Both the position numbers and the translations under genes were made by a program. The notes beneath the pieces are model-generated. The model was not told where the DNA came from. It was given only the letters and a program-made list of their open reading frames with translations, and did no database searches. A DNA stretch of 63,794 nucleotides, counting the filler, from an uncultured Methanoregulaceae archaeon (GTDB taxonomy: Archaea > Halobacteriota > Methanomicrobia > Methanomicrobiales > Methanospirillaceae): the NCBI GenBank assembly GCA_964530035.1. It is 3 parts of 3 records of this genome, joined end to end, with 100 filler letters (N's around TTAATTAATTAA, not from the genome) between each part and the next. Parts side by side here need not be neighbours in the genome. Positions count along the whole stretch, not along the records: positions 42,734 to 63,794 come from CAZGXZ010000022.1; 2 more parts are not named here. The stretch is one strand, 5' to 3'. Shown in pieces: positions 42,734 to 52,523 of the stretch (position 1 is its first letter; each line of letters starts with the position of its first letter).

Positions 42734-44019
42734 TTGGCATCAGAACGGACGGGAACCAGTTTGATGCCATTTACCTGATGCGATGACAATACCAAATCCA
42801 TAACCGGTGTCAATGGACCTCCGATAAGGATGGTCTGACTGGTGTCTGAAACGTCTGTGATCATGTGCACGGTTACGATTGATTCCGCCTCAAATCCCTC
42901 TGTTTCAGGAGGTACAATGATATACCCGTTTGACCGTATCGACGCCATGTGTGATGCAAATCCTCCCGGTTGTGGGACTGCAACAAGCCGCCCCCCGATT
43001 TCCGCTGTTGTTACCGGAATGAATTCCTGGATCCCGGGATCGGAGACCACGCTCCTTGACAAAGTAGCGCGGATGGCTGGTGAAGGTGGGATGAAAAATC
43101 CCCAGTGCCTGAGAAGGGGGATAAGAATCTCGCGAAGGACAACCTGGGCTGAGAGGGGATACCCCGGCAGACCAATGATGACTGTATCGGAGATCCTGCC
43201 TGCAAGAACCGGTTTACCCGGTTTGATCGCAACTCCGTGGAAAACCAGGGTGCCAAGTTCAGCAACAACCGAAGCTGTGAAATCCCTTGTTCCGGTCGAT
43301 GAGCCGGCTGAGATGATCACGAGGTCGTGGAAACGTACCGCCCGTGCCACCATTTCCTTCAGGGAATCAGCATCACCTGTGCAGATAGGATATCGGGTAC
43401 AGGAAACTCCTTTTATATCGAGCCAGGCCATTGTCATCCTGGTATTCCCGTCTATGACCTGTCCGGCGGTTGGAACGGTGCCGGGCTCGATAACTTCTTC
43501 CCCGGTTGGTATAATCCCTACCGAGCATGCACGAGCAGAAACCTGGTTCACACCATAGGAGGCCAGGGCACCGACCTCCACCGGGCGGACCAGATGACCT
43601 GCGGGGATGACCATCTGGCCTTCTCTTACATCCTCACCTGCCCGTCGTATGTTCTGCCCTGGGTATGCCGTTTTCCTGATGACGAGGCGGTTTTTATCCG
43701 TCCAGCAGTCCTCAGCCATGATAACCGCATCGTATCCTTCCGGTACAATACCACCCGTGTTTATTTTGAGAAAATCGTGGACCTCGATTGGGCATTGTTC
43801 AGAGGCACCGGAGGTTTCGGGAACACGGACCGCATATCCGTCCATGGAAGCAACATCTGTCAACGGCATGCAAAAGGCTGTGAATAACGGTTTTGCTGTA
43901 ATCCATCCTGAGGCCCCCTCGACAGGGATGTACAGGGTACCTTTCAGGGGACCGGCGACCTCAAAAAGGAGCCTGCGGGCGTCTTCAAGCGGGATGAGGT
44001 TCAGATAGCGTGACTTCAT
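42734..44019 (-). CDS. moeA: Molybdopterin molybdotransferase MoeA, long form (3' truncated)
   Basis: SMDGYAV, TGG, DAVIMAE, PTGEE, SAGSSTG.RD, KPGKP, LPGYP. Confidence 0.93.
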
Positions 44020-44265
44020 GGCATTTTCCCCGGTACCCTCCCGTTTTCCTGAACCTGCTATCAGCAGGGCAACCCGAAGCACCCCTCATATCGCGTAACC
44101 CTGATCTGGTATACCAAGCTATGATTGGATGAAATATGAACTTATACTAAAAGTCAACCTGAATTGAAAATGTTCTCTCCCGATAAATTAATACCTATAA
44201 TCAGGCAATCACGTTTTTCCCATTGATCAATGGCTAAAACAGCAGGTTTCTGATGCGGACCTGTG

Positions 44266-44990
44266 CTACCGGGGTAAAGGACCTTTAGACAGGGTCTCGG
44301 TCACCAGTGATGAAACCCGTGTGAATACATCTCTNNNNNNNNNNTGTCCTCACTTGCGACGGCAACGAGAAGGCGAGCATCAGTAATTGCCGGGAGACAT
44401 GAATTTACATAGCACTGATAGCGTTTGATCCCGGGGCTATGGTCAAGGAGATCCCTTAACGAACTGCGCAGTTCGTTTTCCCTGGATAAAAAGGCCTCGG
44501 GGAGGGGGACCTCCAGGGTGAAGAGGAGGTCGGTCGGTTTCATTCTGGACCGCAATTGTCTTGTTAAACCATTCATCGTATGGAATTCCGGGAATTTTTC
44601 CAGAACCTGAAGGAGATCTTCAGGAAAAGGATCTCGTAGGACGCACTGGCGGCTTTCGAGTTCTCCAATGATAACAGCGGGCAGGTTGATTGACTTGAAG
44701 CCTTCAATAATGGTGATGTCGATCTCGCGATCGGCCAGGGTTGTAAGGGCGCTGGAAAGGGTCGGTTCTCTGAGTGCGATCATGATTTTCTCATCATCAA
44801 CACCCAGGCTCGCTGTTATCCCCGTCTCAAAAAAAAGAGTTGTATCCTTTCCTTCATCGAGCCGGAACGGATGATGCCCGAGGTGCTTGATAGTCGCGAC
44901 CGACCTGTCTCTGATCAACAACCGGATTACATTCCGGATGAAGGTCGTCTTACCTGAGTTTGACCTGCCGATGACCTGAACAATACGCAT
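44266..44990 (-). CDS. mobB: MobB with a C-terminal MoaE-like extension (9-N gap at 44335-44343)
   Basis: GRSNSGKTT, TIKH, GKDT, IIEGFK; likely continues after the gap as RDVFTRVSSLV…PR*. Confidence 0.85.
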
Positions 44991-45955
44991 GCGTTCCTCC
45001 GGCAGGCTGCCAAGCCCTCACCTGGCCTCCAGATGCCGCCCAATGGTCGATGCCTGTGGTAACATTTCTGATCCTCACAGGTATGATCCTATCTGGGTTG
45101 TTGTGCCATGGTTATTAATAATCCCATATCTGGACGGATCATGGCTTGTTGGGCTATCATTCTCAAACTGGAGAATGTTGGACAGAATAAAATACAAACA
45201 AACAAAGTTAAATAGTTTTAATTGTATTTTTAACTTGTACCTATAGTCAAGTACTATGGTATAGTTTATTGTTGCCAAACAGGAATGCCGGAGTGTCTTG
45301 GTGGCTCAAGGACACCCGGTTTCCATTCCTGGGGATGATCCTGGTTTTGTGGTTCCTGTTTCCCTTTTATTCTGTAAAGTCCCGGTGAAAATTCCTGTTC
45401 TTGCGGCGGCCTGAGTACCAGCGGGAATGATATATCCTTATTGATCTTCATTCCATCCGGAGCCCATCTGTCCCCGCCGCCTAGAAACCAGATTTGAAAT
45501 TCCTTGCGTTAAGTATAAATTATTAATATTTAGATTAAGTTAACATATTGACCATTTAATTTATATGTATGTCGGGAGAAGTCATTTGAATATGGGTTTA
45601 AATGTGAAATAATCTAGGAATTGCCATTTGTGTTCATGATATCGGTGCATGAGTCCGGCAGGTCTATTCTGGCGCGTTGTGAATAATCACTAAACCTGAC
45701 TACCTCCTGCCATGATACGTACCTGCATCATTGGGTTGGTAATGATCTGGATAATTTCACCAATATTTTGAAAAAACACGGAATTTCAGAATATTTCTTC
45801 TTAGATCACTTTTTAATCAAGTATTGGATCAGTTAACCAATGGAGAAAATTGAATCTCTTGGTTAGCTATTAGTCGTTAATTTTTTTTTTATGTTATCCT
45901 AAATTTAATATGACCTTAGAATGACAGCTTTAGTACATGAATTCTGTGTGATATC

Positions 45956-46213
45956 ATGGCATTTTCAGTACATGTAAACATAAACCGCTGTACCGGCTGT
46001 GGCAATTGCGTGGTTGCCTGCCCGGTGAATGCATTAGAGCTCTATACGCTCGACCCGGTAACAAAAGAGAAAATCTACCATGTTGTGGATGGCAGGTCCG
46101 TCAGCATGGACGTGAAGATGGAACTGTGTGCCGGCTGTGGTGTCTGCGTCGGGGCATGCCCCTATAAGGTGATCACCCTCTCCGGCAGGGGGGAAGCCGG
46201 GGTAGCAGTCTAG
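45956..46213 (+). CDS. fwdG: Formylmethanofuran dehydrogenase 2x[4Fe-4S] subunit G
   Basis: Two CxxCxxCxxxCP motifs; first gene of the fwd operon. Confidence 0.85.
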   Translation: MAFSVHVNINRCTGCGNCVVACPVNALELYTLDPVTKEKIYHVVDGRSVSMDVKMELCAGCGVCVGACPYKVITLSGRGEAGVAV

Positions 46214-46235
46214 ATTGCTTTGGGGGAACGCAACA

Positions 46236-46646
46236 ATGCCGAAGATTAACCTGAATATGATCACCCAGCGCTCAATTGAAGAAGGCGCTGCGATGGAGAA
46301 GGGCAAGACCAACCCTGATTATTTCGAGGCCTGCACCATTTGCGAGATGCATCCCGATGATATGAAGCGGGCCAGTATCATGAAAAATACGAACGTCCGC
46401 GTGACCAGCGAATGTGGTACGGTCATCGTGAAGGCCATCGAGCCCACCCAGTACTGCCCGCCCGGTCTCGCCCACATCAGGCAGGGTGTCTGGGCAAACC
46501 AGGTCGTCCCGCCACGGACCCAGTCCACCGGTACCCCGCAGTACAGTGGTTTCCCGGTCACCATCGAACCAGCACCGGAAGAAAAATTAAAGTCCGCTCT
46601 TGAGCTCGTGCAGGGCGCTGTCGGGCTCTGGAAAGGAGGGAACTAA
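46236..46646 (+). CDS. fwdD: Formylmethanofuran dehydrogenase subunit D
   Basis: Molybdopterin dinucleotide-binding fold, WANQVV…TGTP. Confidence 0.9.
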   Translation: MPKINLNMITQRSIEEGAAMEKGKTNPDYFEACTICEMHPDDMKRASIMKNTNVRVTSECGTVIVKAIEPTQYCPPGLAHIRQGVWANQVVPPRTQSTGTPQYSGFPVTIEPAPEEKLKSALELVQGAVGLWKGGN

Positions 46647-46648
46647 TC

Positions 46649-48025
46649 ATGCCAAAGACCATCAAAGGCGTGGGATGCCCGTACTGCGGATCGTCCTGCG
46701 ATGACATAGAAGTCGTTGTGAATGACGATGAGACCCAGGTCCTCGAGGTCCACAATGCCTGCATCATCGGCACGAACCTCTTTTTCCATGCAAACGATCC
46801 TACACGGCCGAAGCTGCCCCGGATGCGCCAGCCGGACGGATCCATGAAGGAGATCTCCTATGATGAGGCTGTTGACTGGATGGCAAAAACCATGCTCAAT
46901 GCAAAAAAGCCCCTTATCTATGGCTTTGGCTCCACGAACTGCGAGGGTATGAGCGCGGTCGGCCGTATTGCCGAGAAAGCAGGTGCGGTGCTTGACAACT
47001 GCGCCACCATCTGCCATGGCCCCTCGTTCCTTGCGATTTTCGACAACGGGTACCCGAGCTGCACGCTCGGCGAGGTCAAGAACCGTGCCGATGTCGTGGT
47101 CTTCTGGGGCTGCAACCCGATGCATGCCCACCCCCGCCACACCTCCCGGTACTCTATTTTCCCGCGGGGCTTTTTCACCCCGAATGGCCAGATGCACCGG
47201 ACCGTCCTCTGCATCGACCCCCGCGAGACCGACACCGCAAAGCTTGCCGACCACCACCTGATGCTTGACCAGGGCCATGACTATGAGCTTTTCGATGCAT
47301 TCCGGACGGTTCTCCGGGGCTTTGATATCCCTGATGTTGTAGCAGGGATCCGTGCAGAGAAGATCAAGGAAGCTGTCGAAATAATGAAGAAGGCCCGGTT
47401 CTGTATGATCTTCTTCGGCATGGGCTGTACCCATACCGACGGCCGGAACCACAACATCGACCATGCGATCAGCCTGACCCGCGATCTCAACGACCATACC
47501 AAGTGCTCGATTATGGCGATGCGGGGCCATTACAACATAGCCGGCCCCGGCCAGGTCTGGTCATGGCAGTTCGGCTTCCCGTACTGCATCGATCTCAGCA
47601 AAGGCTCGCATGCCTACATGAACCCGGGAGAGACCAGCTCGATCGACCTTGCCATGCGTGACGAAGTTGATTGCTTCGTCAATGTCGGTACCGATGCCGG
47701 AGCCCATTTCCCGATCCAGGCCGTCCAGCACCTCAAGAAGCACCCGTTCATCACCATTGACCCGAACTTTAACATGGCAAGCGAGATCGCCGATCTCCAT
47801 ATTCCGGTCAGGATTGCCGGCGTGGACGAACCCGGTGTCGTCTACCGCATGGACAATGTCCCAATCCAGTTCCGTGCCGTCATCAAGGGACTTCCCGGCG
47901 TCCCGAGTGACGAGGAGCTTTTCGACCGCGTGTACGAGCGAATGTGCGAACTGACCAGCACCCAGCCGATCTGGCTCGCTGCCAAGGAACACCGCAAATA
48001 TCCCCACAACCCGGTGGTGAGCTGA
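46649..48025 (+). CDS. fwdB: Formylmethanofuran dehydrogenase subunit B (Cys form)
   Basis: CPYCGSSCDD, ICHGPS, TLGEVKNRAD, AHPRH, MRGHYN. Confidence 0.96.
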   Translation: MPKTIKGVGCPYCGSSCDDIEVVVNDDETQVLEVHNACIIGTNLFFHANDPTRPKLPRMRQPDGSMKEISYDEAVDWMAKTMLNAKKPLIYGFGSTNCEGMSAVGRIAEKAGAVLDNCATICHGPSFLAIFDNGYPSCTLGEVKNRADVVVFWGCNPMHAHPRHTSRYSIFPRGFFTPNGQMHRTVLCIDPRETDTAKLADHHLMLDQGHDYELFDAFRTVLRGFDIPDVVAGIRAEKIKEAVEIMKKARFCMIFFGMGCTHTDGRNHNIDHAISLTRDLNDHTKCSIMAMRGHYNIAGPGQVWSWQFGFPYCIDLSKGSHAYMNPGETSSIDLAMRDEVDCFVNVGTDAGAHFPIQAVQHLKKHPFITIDPNFNMASEIADLHIPVRIAGVDEPGVVYRMDNVPIQFRAVIKGLPGVPSDEELFDRVYERMCELTSTQPIWLAAKEHRKYPHNPVVS

Positions 48026-48026
48026 A

Positions 48027-49757
48027 ATGGCATCCGGGGAGCTTATTGTAAAAGGCGGCTTCATCATCGATCCGACTCGCGGGATTGATGGTGACGTCGG
48101 CGACGTTGCCATCAAGGATGGCAGGATCGTTGAGGAAGTCAGCTCTTCCGCAAAGGTCATCAACGCCAAGGGTAAGGTCGTCATGGCCGGCGGTGTGGAT
48201 GTCCACTCCCATGTTGCCGGCCCAAAGGTCAATGCCGGCCGCCTGATGCGTCCGGAGGACAAGGTGCTGACCGGGACCTTCAGGAGCGGCATGGCCCAGA
48301 AGAACGGTTACCGGATGGAGTCCGGTTTTTCGATTCCTTCAGTATTCAGGACCGGCTACGAGTACGCCCGGCTCGGGTACTCGTTTGTCATGGAAGCCGC
48401 GATGCCCCCTCTGCTTGCGCCTCATGTCCATGAGGAGATCCACGACACACCGATCGTCGACGAGGCGGCACTGCCGGTCTTCGGCAACAACTGGTTCGTC
48501 ATGGATTATATCAGGAATAACGAGGTTGAAAACACGGCAGCCTATATCGCCTGGCTCCTGAGAACCACGAAAGGCTACGGGGTCAAGGTTGTCAACCCCG
48601 GAGGCACCGCTGCATGGGCGTGGGGGCTCAACTGTCTGGACCTTAATGATAATGTACCCTACTTCGAGATCACTCCCGCGAAGATTATCAAGGGCCTTAT
48701 CGAAGCCAACGAGTTCCTGGGCCTTCCCCATTCGATGCACCTCCACCAGAATGACCTTGGCAACCCCGGCAACTACAAGGGCACCATTGACTCCCTCAGG
48801 CTTGCTGAGGGCTTTAAGGCAAAGAACAAATTCGGGCGCGAACAGGTCATGCACTCGACCCACATCCAGTTCCATTCATACGGCGGGACGAACTGGGCTG
48901 ACTTTAACTCCAAGGCCAAGGAGGTCATGGACTATGTCAACCAGCAGAAGAACATCACCATCGACCTCGGCTGTGTCACTCTGGACGAGACCACGACGAT
49001 GACGGCCGACGGCCCGTTCGAGCACCATCTCCATGCACTCAACCACCTCAAGTGGACCAACGTGGATGTCGAGCTCGAAACTGCAGCCGGCATTGTCCCG
49101 TTTGTATATGATCCCCAGAGCAAGGTCTGCGATATCCAGTGGGCCATCGGGTTGGAGCTGGCACTCTTTGCTAAAGACATGGATCGGACCTTCATCACCA
49201 CCGACCATCCGAACGCCGGCCCGTTCACCCGGTATCCGCGCGTTATCAAGTGGCTGATGAGTCAGAAGGCCCGTGAAGCGACACTCAACTCCTTCAAACA
49301 CAAAGACAAGGTCATCGAAGCAACGAACATCCACGGTATAGACCGCGAACTTACGCTCTTCGAGATCGCCCAGATGACCCGGTCCGGCCCTGCCCAGTGT
49401 CTTGGCCTGAAGGACATCTATGGGGGTCTTGCCCCGGGCATGAGCGCAGAAGTCGCGATATACGACCTCAACTACAAGAAGATGCCGGCCGACCCCGAGA
49501 AGATCGAGGGAGCGTTCCAGCGTGCTGTCTGCTTCATCAAGTCCGGCGAAGTCGTGGTAAAAGACGGAGAAATCGTCTCGAATGGCCACAAGAAGACCGT
49601 CTGGGTCAACGTCAAGATGCGTGAGAACCCCCAGGTCCTCCGCGATGTCAGCCAGGCATTTTCGAAGGGAACATACACCATGGACATCCGGAATTACCCG
49701 GTCAGGGAATACCTGGCTCCACACCCGTTTGTCATTGATGTTGACGTGGAGGCATGA
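48027..49757 (+). CDS. fwdA: Formylmethanofuran dehydrogenase subunit A
   Basis: DVHSHVAG, KVVNPGG, HIQFHSYG, TTDHPN. Confidence 0.97.
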   Translation: MASGELIVKGGFIIDPTRGIDGDVGDVAIKDGRIVEEVSSSAKVINAKGKVVMAGGVDVHSHVAGPKVNAGRLMRPEDKVLTGTFRSGMAQKNGYRMESGFSIPSVFRTGYEYARLGYSFVMEAAMPPLLAPHVHEEIHDTPIVDEAALPVFGNNWFVMDYIRNNEVENTAAYIAWLLRTTKGYGVKVVNPGGTAAWAWGLNCLDLNDNVPYFEITPAKIIKGLIEANEFLGLPHSMHLHQNDLGNPGNYKGTIDSLRLAEGFKAKNKFGREQVMHSTHIQFHSYGGTNWADFNSKAKEVMDYVNQQKNITIDLGCVTLDETTTMTADGPFEHHLHALNHLKWTNVDVELETAAGIVPFVYDPQSKVCDIQWAIGLELALFAKDMDRTFITTDHPNAGPFTRYPRVIKWLMSQKAREATLNSFKHKDKVIEATNIHGIDRELTLFEIAQMTRSGPAQCLGLKDIYGGLAPGMSAEVAIYDLNYKKMPADPEKIEGAFQRAVCFIKSGEVVVKDGEIVSNGHKKTVWVNVKMRENPQVLRDVSQAFSKGTYTMDIRNYPVREYLAPHPFVIDVDVEA

Positions 49758-49764
49758 GAGAACC

Positions 49765-50571
49765 ATGGCAACCGTTACATTAAAACCCATAAAGACCCCC
49801 GAGCTCATGTTTGAGGGTTATAACATTAATCCCGACGCATTTGCAGGAAAGACTGCAGCACTGATCGCCGAGCTCCCGGGCCATGAGGGCAAGATCGTCA
49901 CGAGACTCGGTGACTTCTTCGATATATCCGGCTCTGCAGGTGCAACGGCTGCAGAGACCGACATCGTCATCGATGGTGACTGCACCCGAGTTAAATATAT
50001 CGGTGCCCGTATGACCGCAGGAACCGTCACCGTCAACGGCAATTGCGATATGTATCTCGGCGGCTGGATGAAAGGCGGGAAGATCCATGTCAAGGGCAAT
50101 GTCGACTCCTTCTGCGGCATCCAGATGCAGGGCGGCGAGATCCTGGTTGAAGGCGATGCTAAGAACCATGTCGGCTGTGCTTACCGGGGCGACTGGAGAG
50201 GCATGAAGGACGGAACCATCCGGATCCGGGGCAGTGCCGGAAACGATATCGGGACCTTCATGCTCGGAGGCACTATCATCATCGAGAAGGACGCGTTCAT
50301 CCACGTTTCCACCCACGCGGAGGGAGGCACCGTCATCATCAAGGGAGATGTCGAAGGTCGCGTCGGTGGCCAGATGGTCAAGGGCGACATGTACGTGCTT
50401 GGCACGATCAAGTTCATGCTACCTGGCTTCCAGAAGATCGGCACGGTTGAGAAGGAGGTCGATGGCGTAAAGGCAACCTTCGACCATTACATTGGGGACC
50501 TGGGCGAACGGCACCCCAAGAGCAAGGGTAAGATCGTCTACGCTAACCTTTACACGAAGGCTGCTGCCTGA
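49765..50571 (+). CDS. fwdC: Formylmethanofuran dehydrogenase subunit C
   Basis: GXGXG-type repeats, YRGDWRGM. Confidence 0.96.
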   Translation: MATVTLKPIKTPELMFEGYNINPDAFAGKTAALIAELPGHEGKIVTRLGDFFDISGSAGATAAETDIVIDGDCTRVKYIGARMTAGTVTVNGNCDMYLGGWMKGGKIHVKGNVDSFCGIQMQGGEILVEGDAKNHVGCAYRGDWRGMKDGTIRIRGSAGNDIGTFMLGGTIIIEKDAFIHVSTHAEGGTVIIKGDVEGRVGGQMVKGDMYVLGTIKFMLPGFQKIGTVEKEVDGVKATFDHYIGDLGERHPKSKGKIVYANLYTKAAA

Positions 50572-50707
50572 GTTGTAAATGCCAATCGATATCACATGGG
50601 CATCCTTCCGGGCTGGCTCCCCCGGCACCTTTTTATCTGAAAAAGAACTCGCAGGGATTCCAGGAACAGAACCGGTTGCGTATCCACTGATTTATTGAGG
50701 ACATGGT

Positions 50708-51463
50708 ATGAAAAATGCCGGAAAAGAATTCATCGAAGGAACGCGGTACCCGGACTATTCCACCGTAGATCTCGTCCTCCGCGTCCCCGAACCGCCGTAT
50801 GAGATCCCGGCCAGGAGCGACCAGAAGGTCATCAAGCTCCCAAGCCCGAAGAAGTTCAAGGTACCGGACATGCCGGTCAGGAAAGCGATAGAGAGTTACG
50901 AGCCCGTGGGTTTCTTCTCCCGTTCGTCCTTGACGATCAGGGATCTCTCGTACCTGCTCTGGTGCATGCAGGGGCTCAGGAAGGTTGTTGGCGAGATGGT
51001 CCAGGTACGCAATGTCCCGTCAAGCGGGTCACGTTACCCGCTGGATATCTATTTTGTTGCCAGTGATGTCGTTGATCTCGATGTCGGGCTCTACCGTTAC
51101 CTCCCTCTGTCTCACAGCATCGTTGCCGAGCGCATCGACCCTGATATTATTCTTGAGATGAGCACTGCGAGCATGAATTTCCGGATGATAACCCGGGCTG
51201 CTGTCACCTTTTTCTGGGTCGCCATACCTTACCGCTCGGTCTGGGCCCTTGGTAACCGCGGCTACCGGAGCTGCTTCATCGAGGCTGGTCACAGCTGCCA
51301 GAACCTGATAATTGCAGCGGCAAATCTCGGATATGAGGTTTATCCTTCGGATATATTCCATGACGAGCTGATCTTGAAGCTTATCAGCCTTGACGATGAA
51401 ACCGGGTGGCCGGTATATCTTGCATCAGTTGGAAGTGTGGAGAAAAGCGTGACAATCGCGTGA
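50708..51463 (+). CDS. SagB/ThcOx-type nitroreductase family flavoprotein
   Basis: VPSSGSRYPLDIY, GLYRY, EAGHSCQNL. Confidence 0.85.
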   Translation: MKNAGKEFIEGTRYPDYSTVDLVLRVPEPPYEIPARSDQKVIKLPSPKKFKVPDMPVRKAIESYEPVGFFSRSSLTIRDLSYLLWCMQGLRKVVGEMVQVRNVPSSGSRYPLDIYFVASDVVDLDVGLYRYLPLSHSIVAERIDPDIILEMSTASMNFRMITRAAVTFFWVAIPYRSVWALGNRGYRSCFIEAGHSCQNLIIAAANLGYEVYPSDIFHDELILKLISLDDETGWPVYLASVGSVEKSVTIA

Positions 51464-51491
51464 AAATCAATTTTTAGGTTTTTAAAGGGGA

Positions 51492-52376
51492 TTATTTACC
51501 AGCAGATTGCGCCTCCCCTTCGTGGAGTTTTTTCTGGATCTCTTCCCGGAATTTCTCAAAATGGAGATCATCCAGTTGTTCCGAAAGCAACCTGCCGCTC
51601 CATGCCCGGCGATAGACCCAGTCCACTATCTGTTCAACGACTGCGAGGGCTTCGTCTTCGGTTTCGGTGGTCAGGAGTTCCCTGCCTATTTTCGGGTGTC
51701 GTCCCCGCCGGCCTCCGACCGTGATCAGGTAGTGGATATGAAATGACTTAAGGAGATTAAATGAACAGGATTTTACACATGTGCCGCATTGGACGCATTT
51801 TTCCTCGTCCAGCTCCGAGATTCCGTTTCGGATCCTGATGGCATTTTCCCGGCAGTATAAAACACAGGAACCGCAGCCGGTGCAAAGTCCTTCAGTGCGG
51901 ATGGGCCGGACACGGCCGATGATTCCAATTTCGTTGAGCATGGGGCTCGTGCAGGCGTTTGGACAGCCCGAGAGAGCTATCCGCATCTTCACCGGCATTG
52001 TCCTGCCGAACAGTCTCCCGTCAATTTTTTTAGCCAAGCCGATGGTATCGATATTCGCGAATTTACAACGCTCGGAACCAGGACAGCTGATGATATTAAC
52101 GACTTCATCTTTCTCTGAGCCAACTGGTGTCCCATTCTTTTCAAGAGCATTTGCAATTCGTTTCAGGTGTGCCGGACTGACATGAGGGATTTCGATAGTC
52201 TGCCTTGTTGTACAATGGACACTACCGTTCCCATATTTTTTTGCAATCTTAGCGATCCCCCCTAGTTGTTCGATAGTAAGGACTCCTGCGGGAGCTCTGA
52301 CGCGAATAGTCAGGAACGCGGAGTCCCGTTCGGTAATGACACCTCCTTTCATATGGATACCAAAATCGGGTTGCAT
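51492..52376 (-). CDS. Sulfite-reductase-like siroheme/[4Fe-4S] protein (Dsr-LP type)
   Basis: TTRQ, CPGSERC…GCPNAC siroheme-cluster motif, 2x[4Fe-4S] ferredoxin insert, VGGRRGR. Confidence 0.88.
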   Translation of the reverse strand: MQPDFGIHMKGGVITERDSAFLTIRVRAPAGVLTIEQLGGIAKIAKKYGNGSVHCTTRQTIEIPHVSPAHLKRIANALEKNGTPVGSEKDEVVNIISCPGSERCKFANIDTIGLAKKIDGRLFGRTMPVKMRIALSGCPNACTSPMLNEIGIIGRVRPIRTEGLCTGCGSCVLYCRENAIRIRNGISELDEEKCVQCGTCVKSCSFNLLKSFHIHYLITVGGRRGRHPKIGRELLTTETEDEALAVVEQIVDWVYRRAWSGRLLSEQLDDLHFEKFREEIQKKLHEGEAQSAGK

Positions 52377-52523
52377 TGATTATTACTTAGAATTGTCAGG
52401 TTATTAACGAGAATGTTATGACACAGGCCGTCTTCAAGCCGGTATACCTCAAAAGCTTACTTATGGAGAAGTTCCAATATCCCGTCCGATAGTACTAAAT
52501 GGGTCGTGATCGATTTTATTTCG

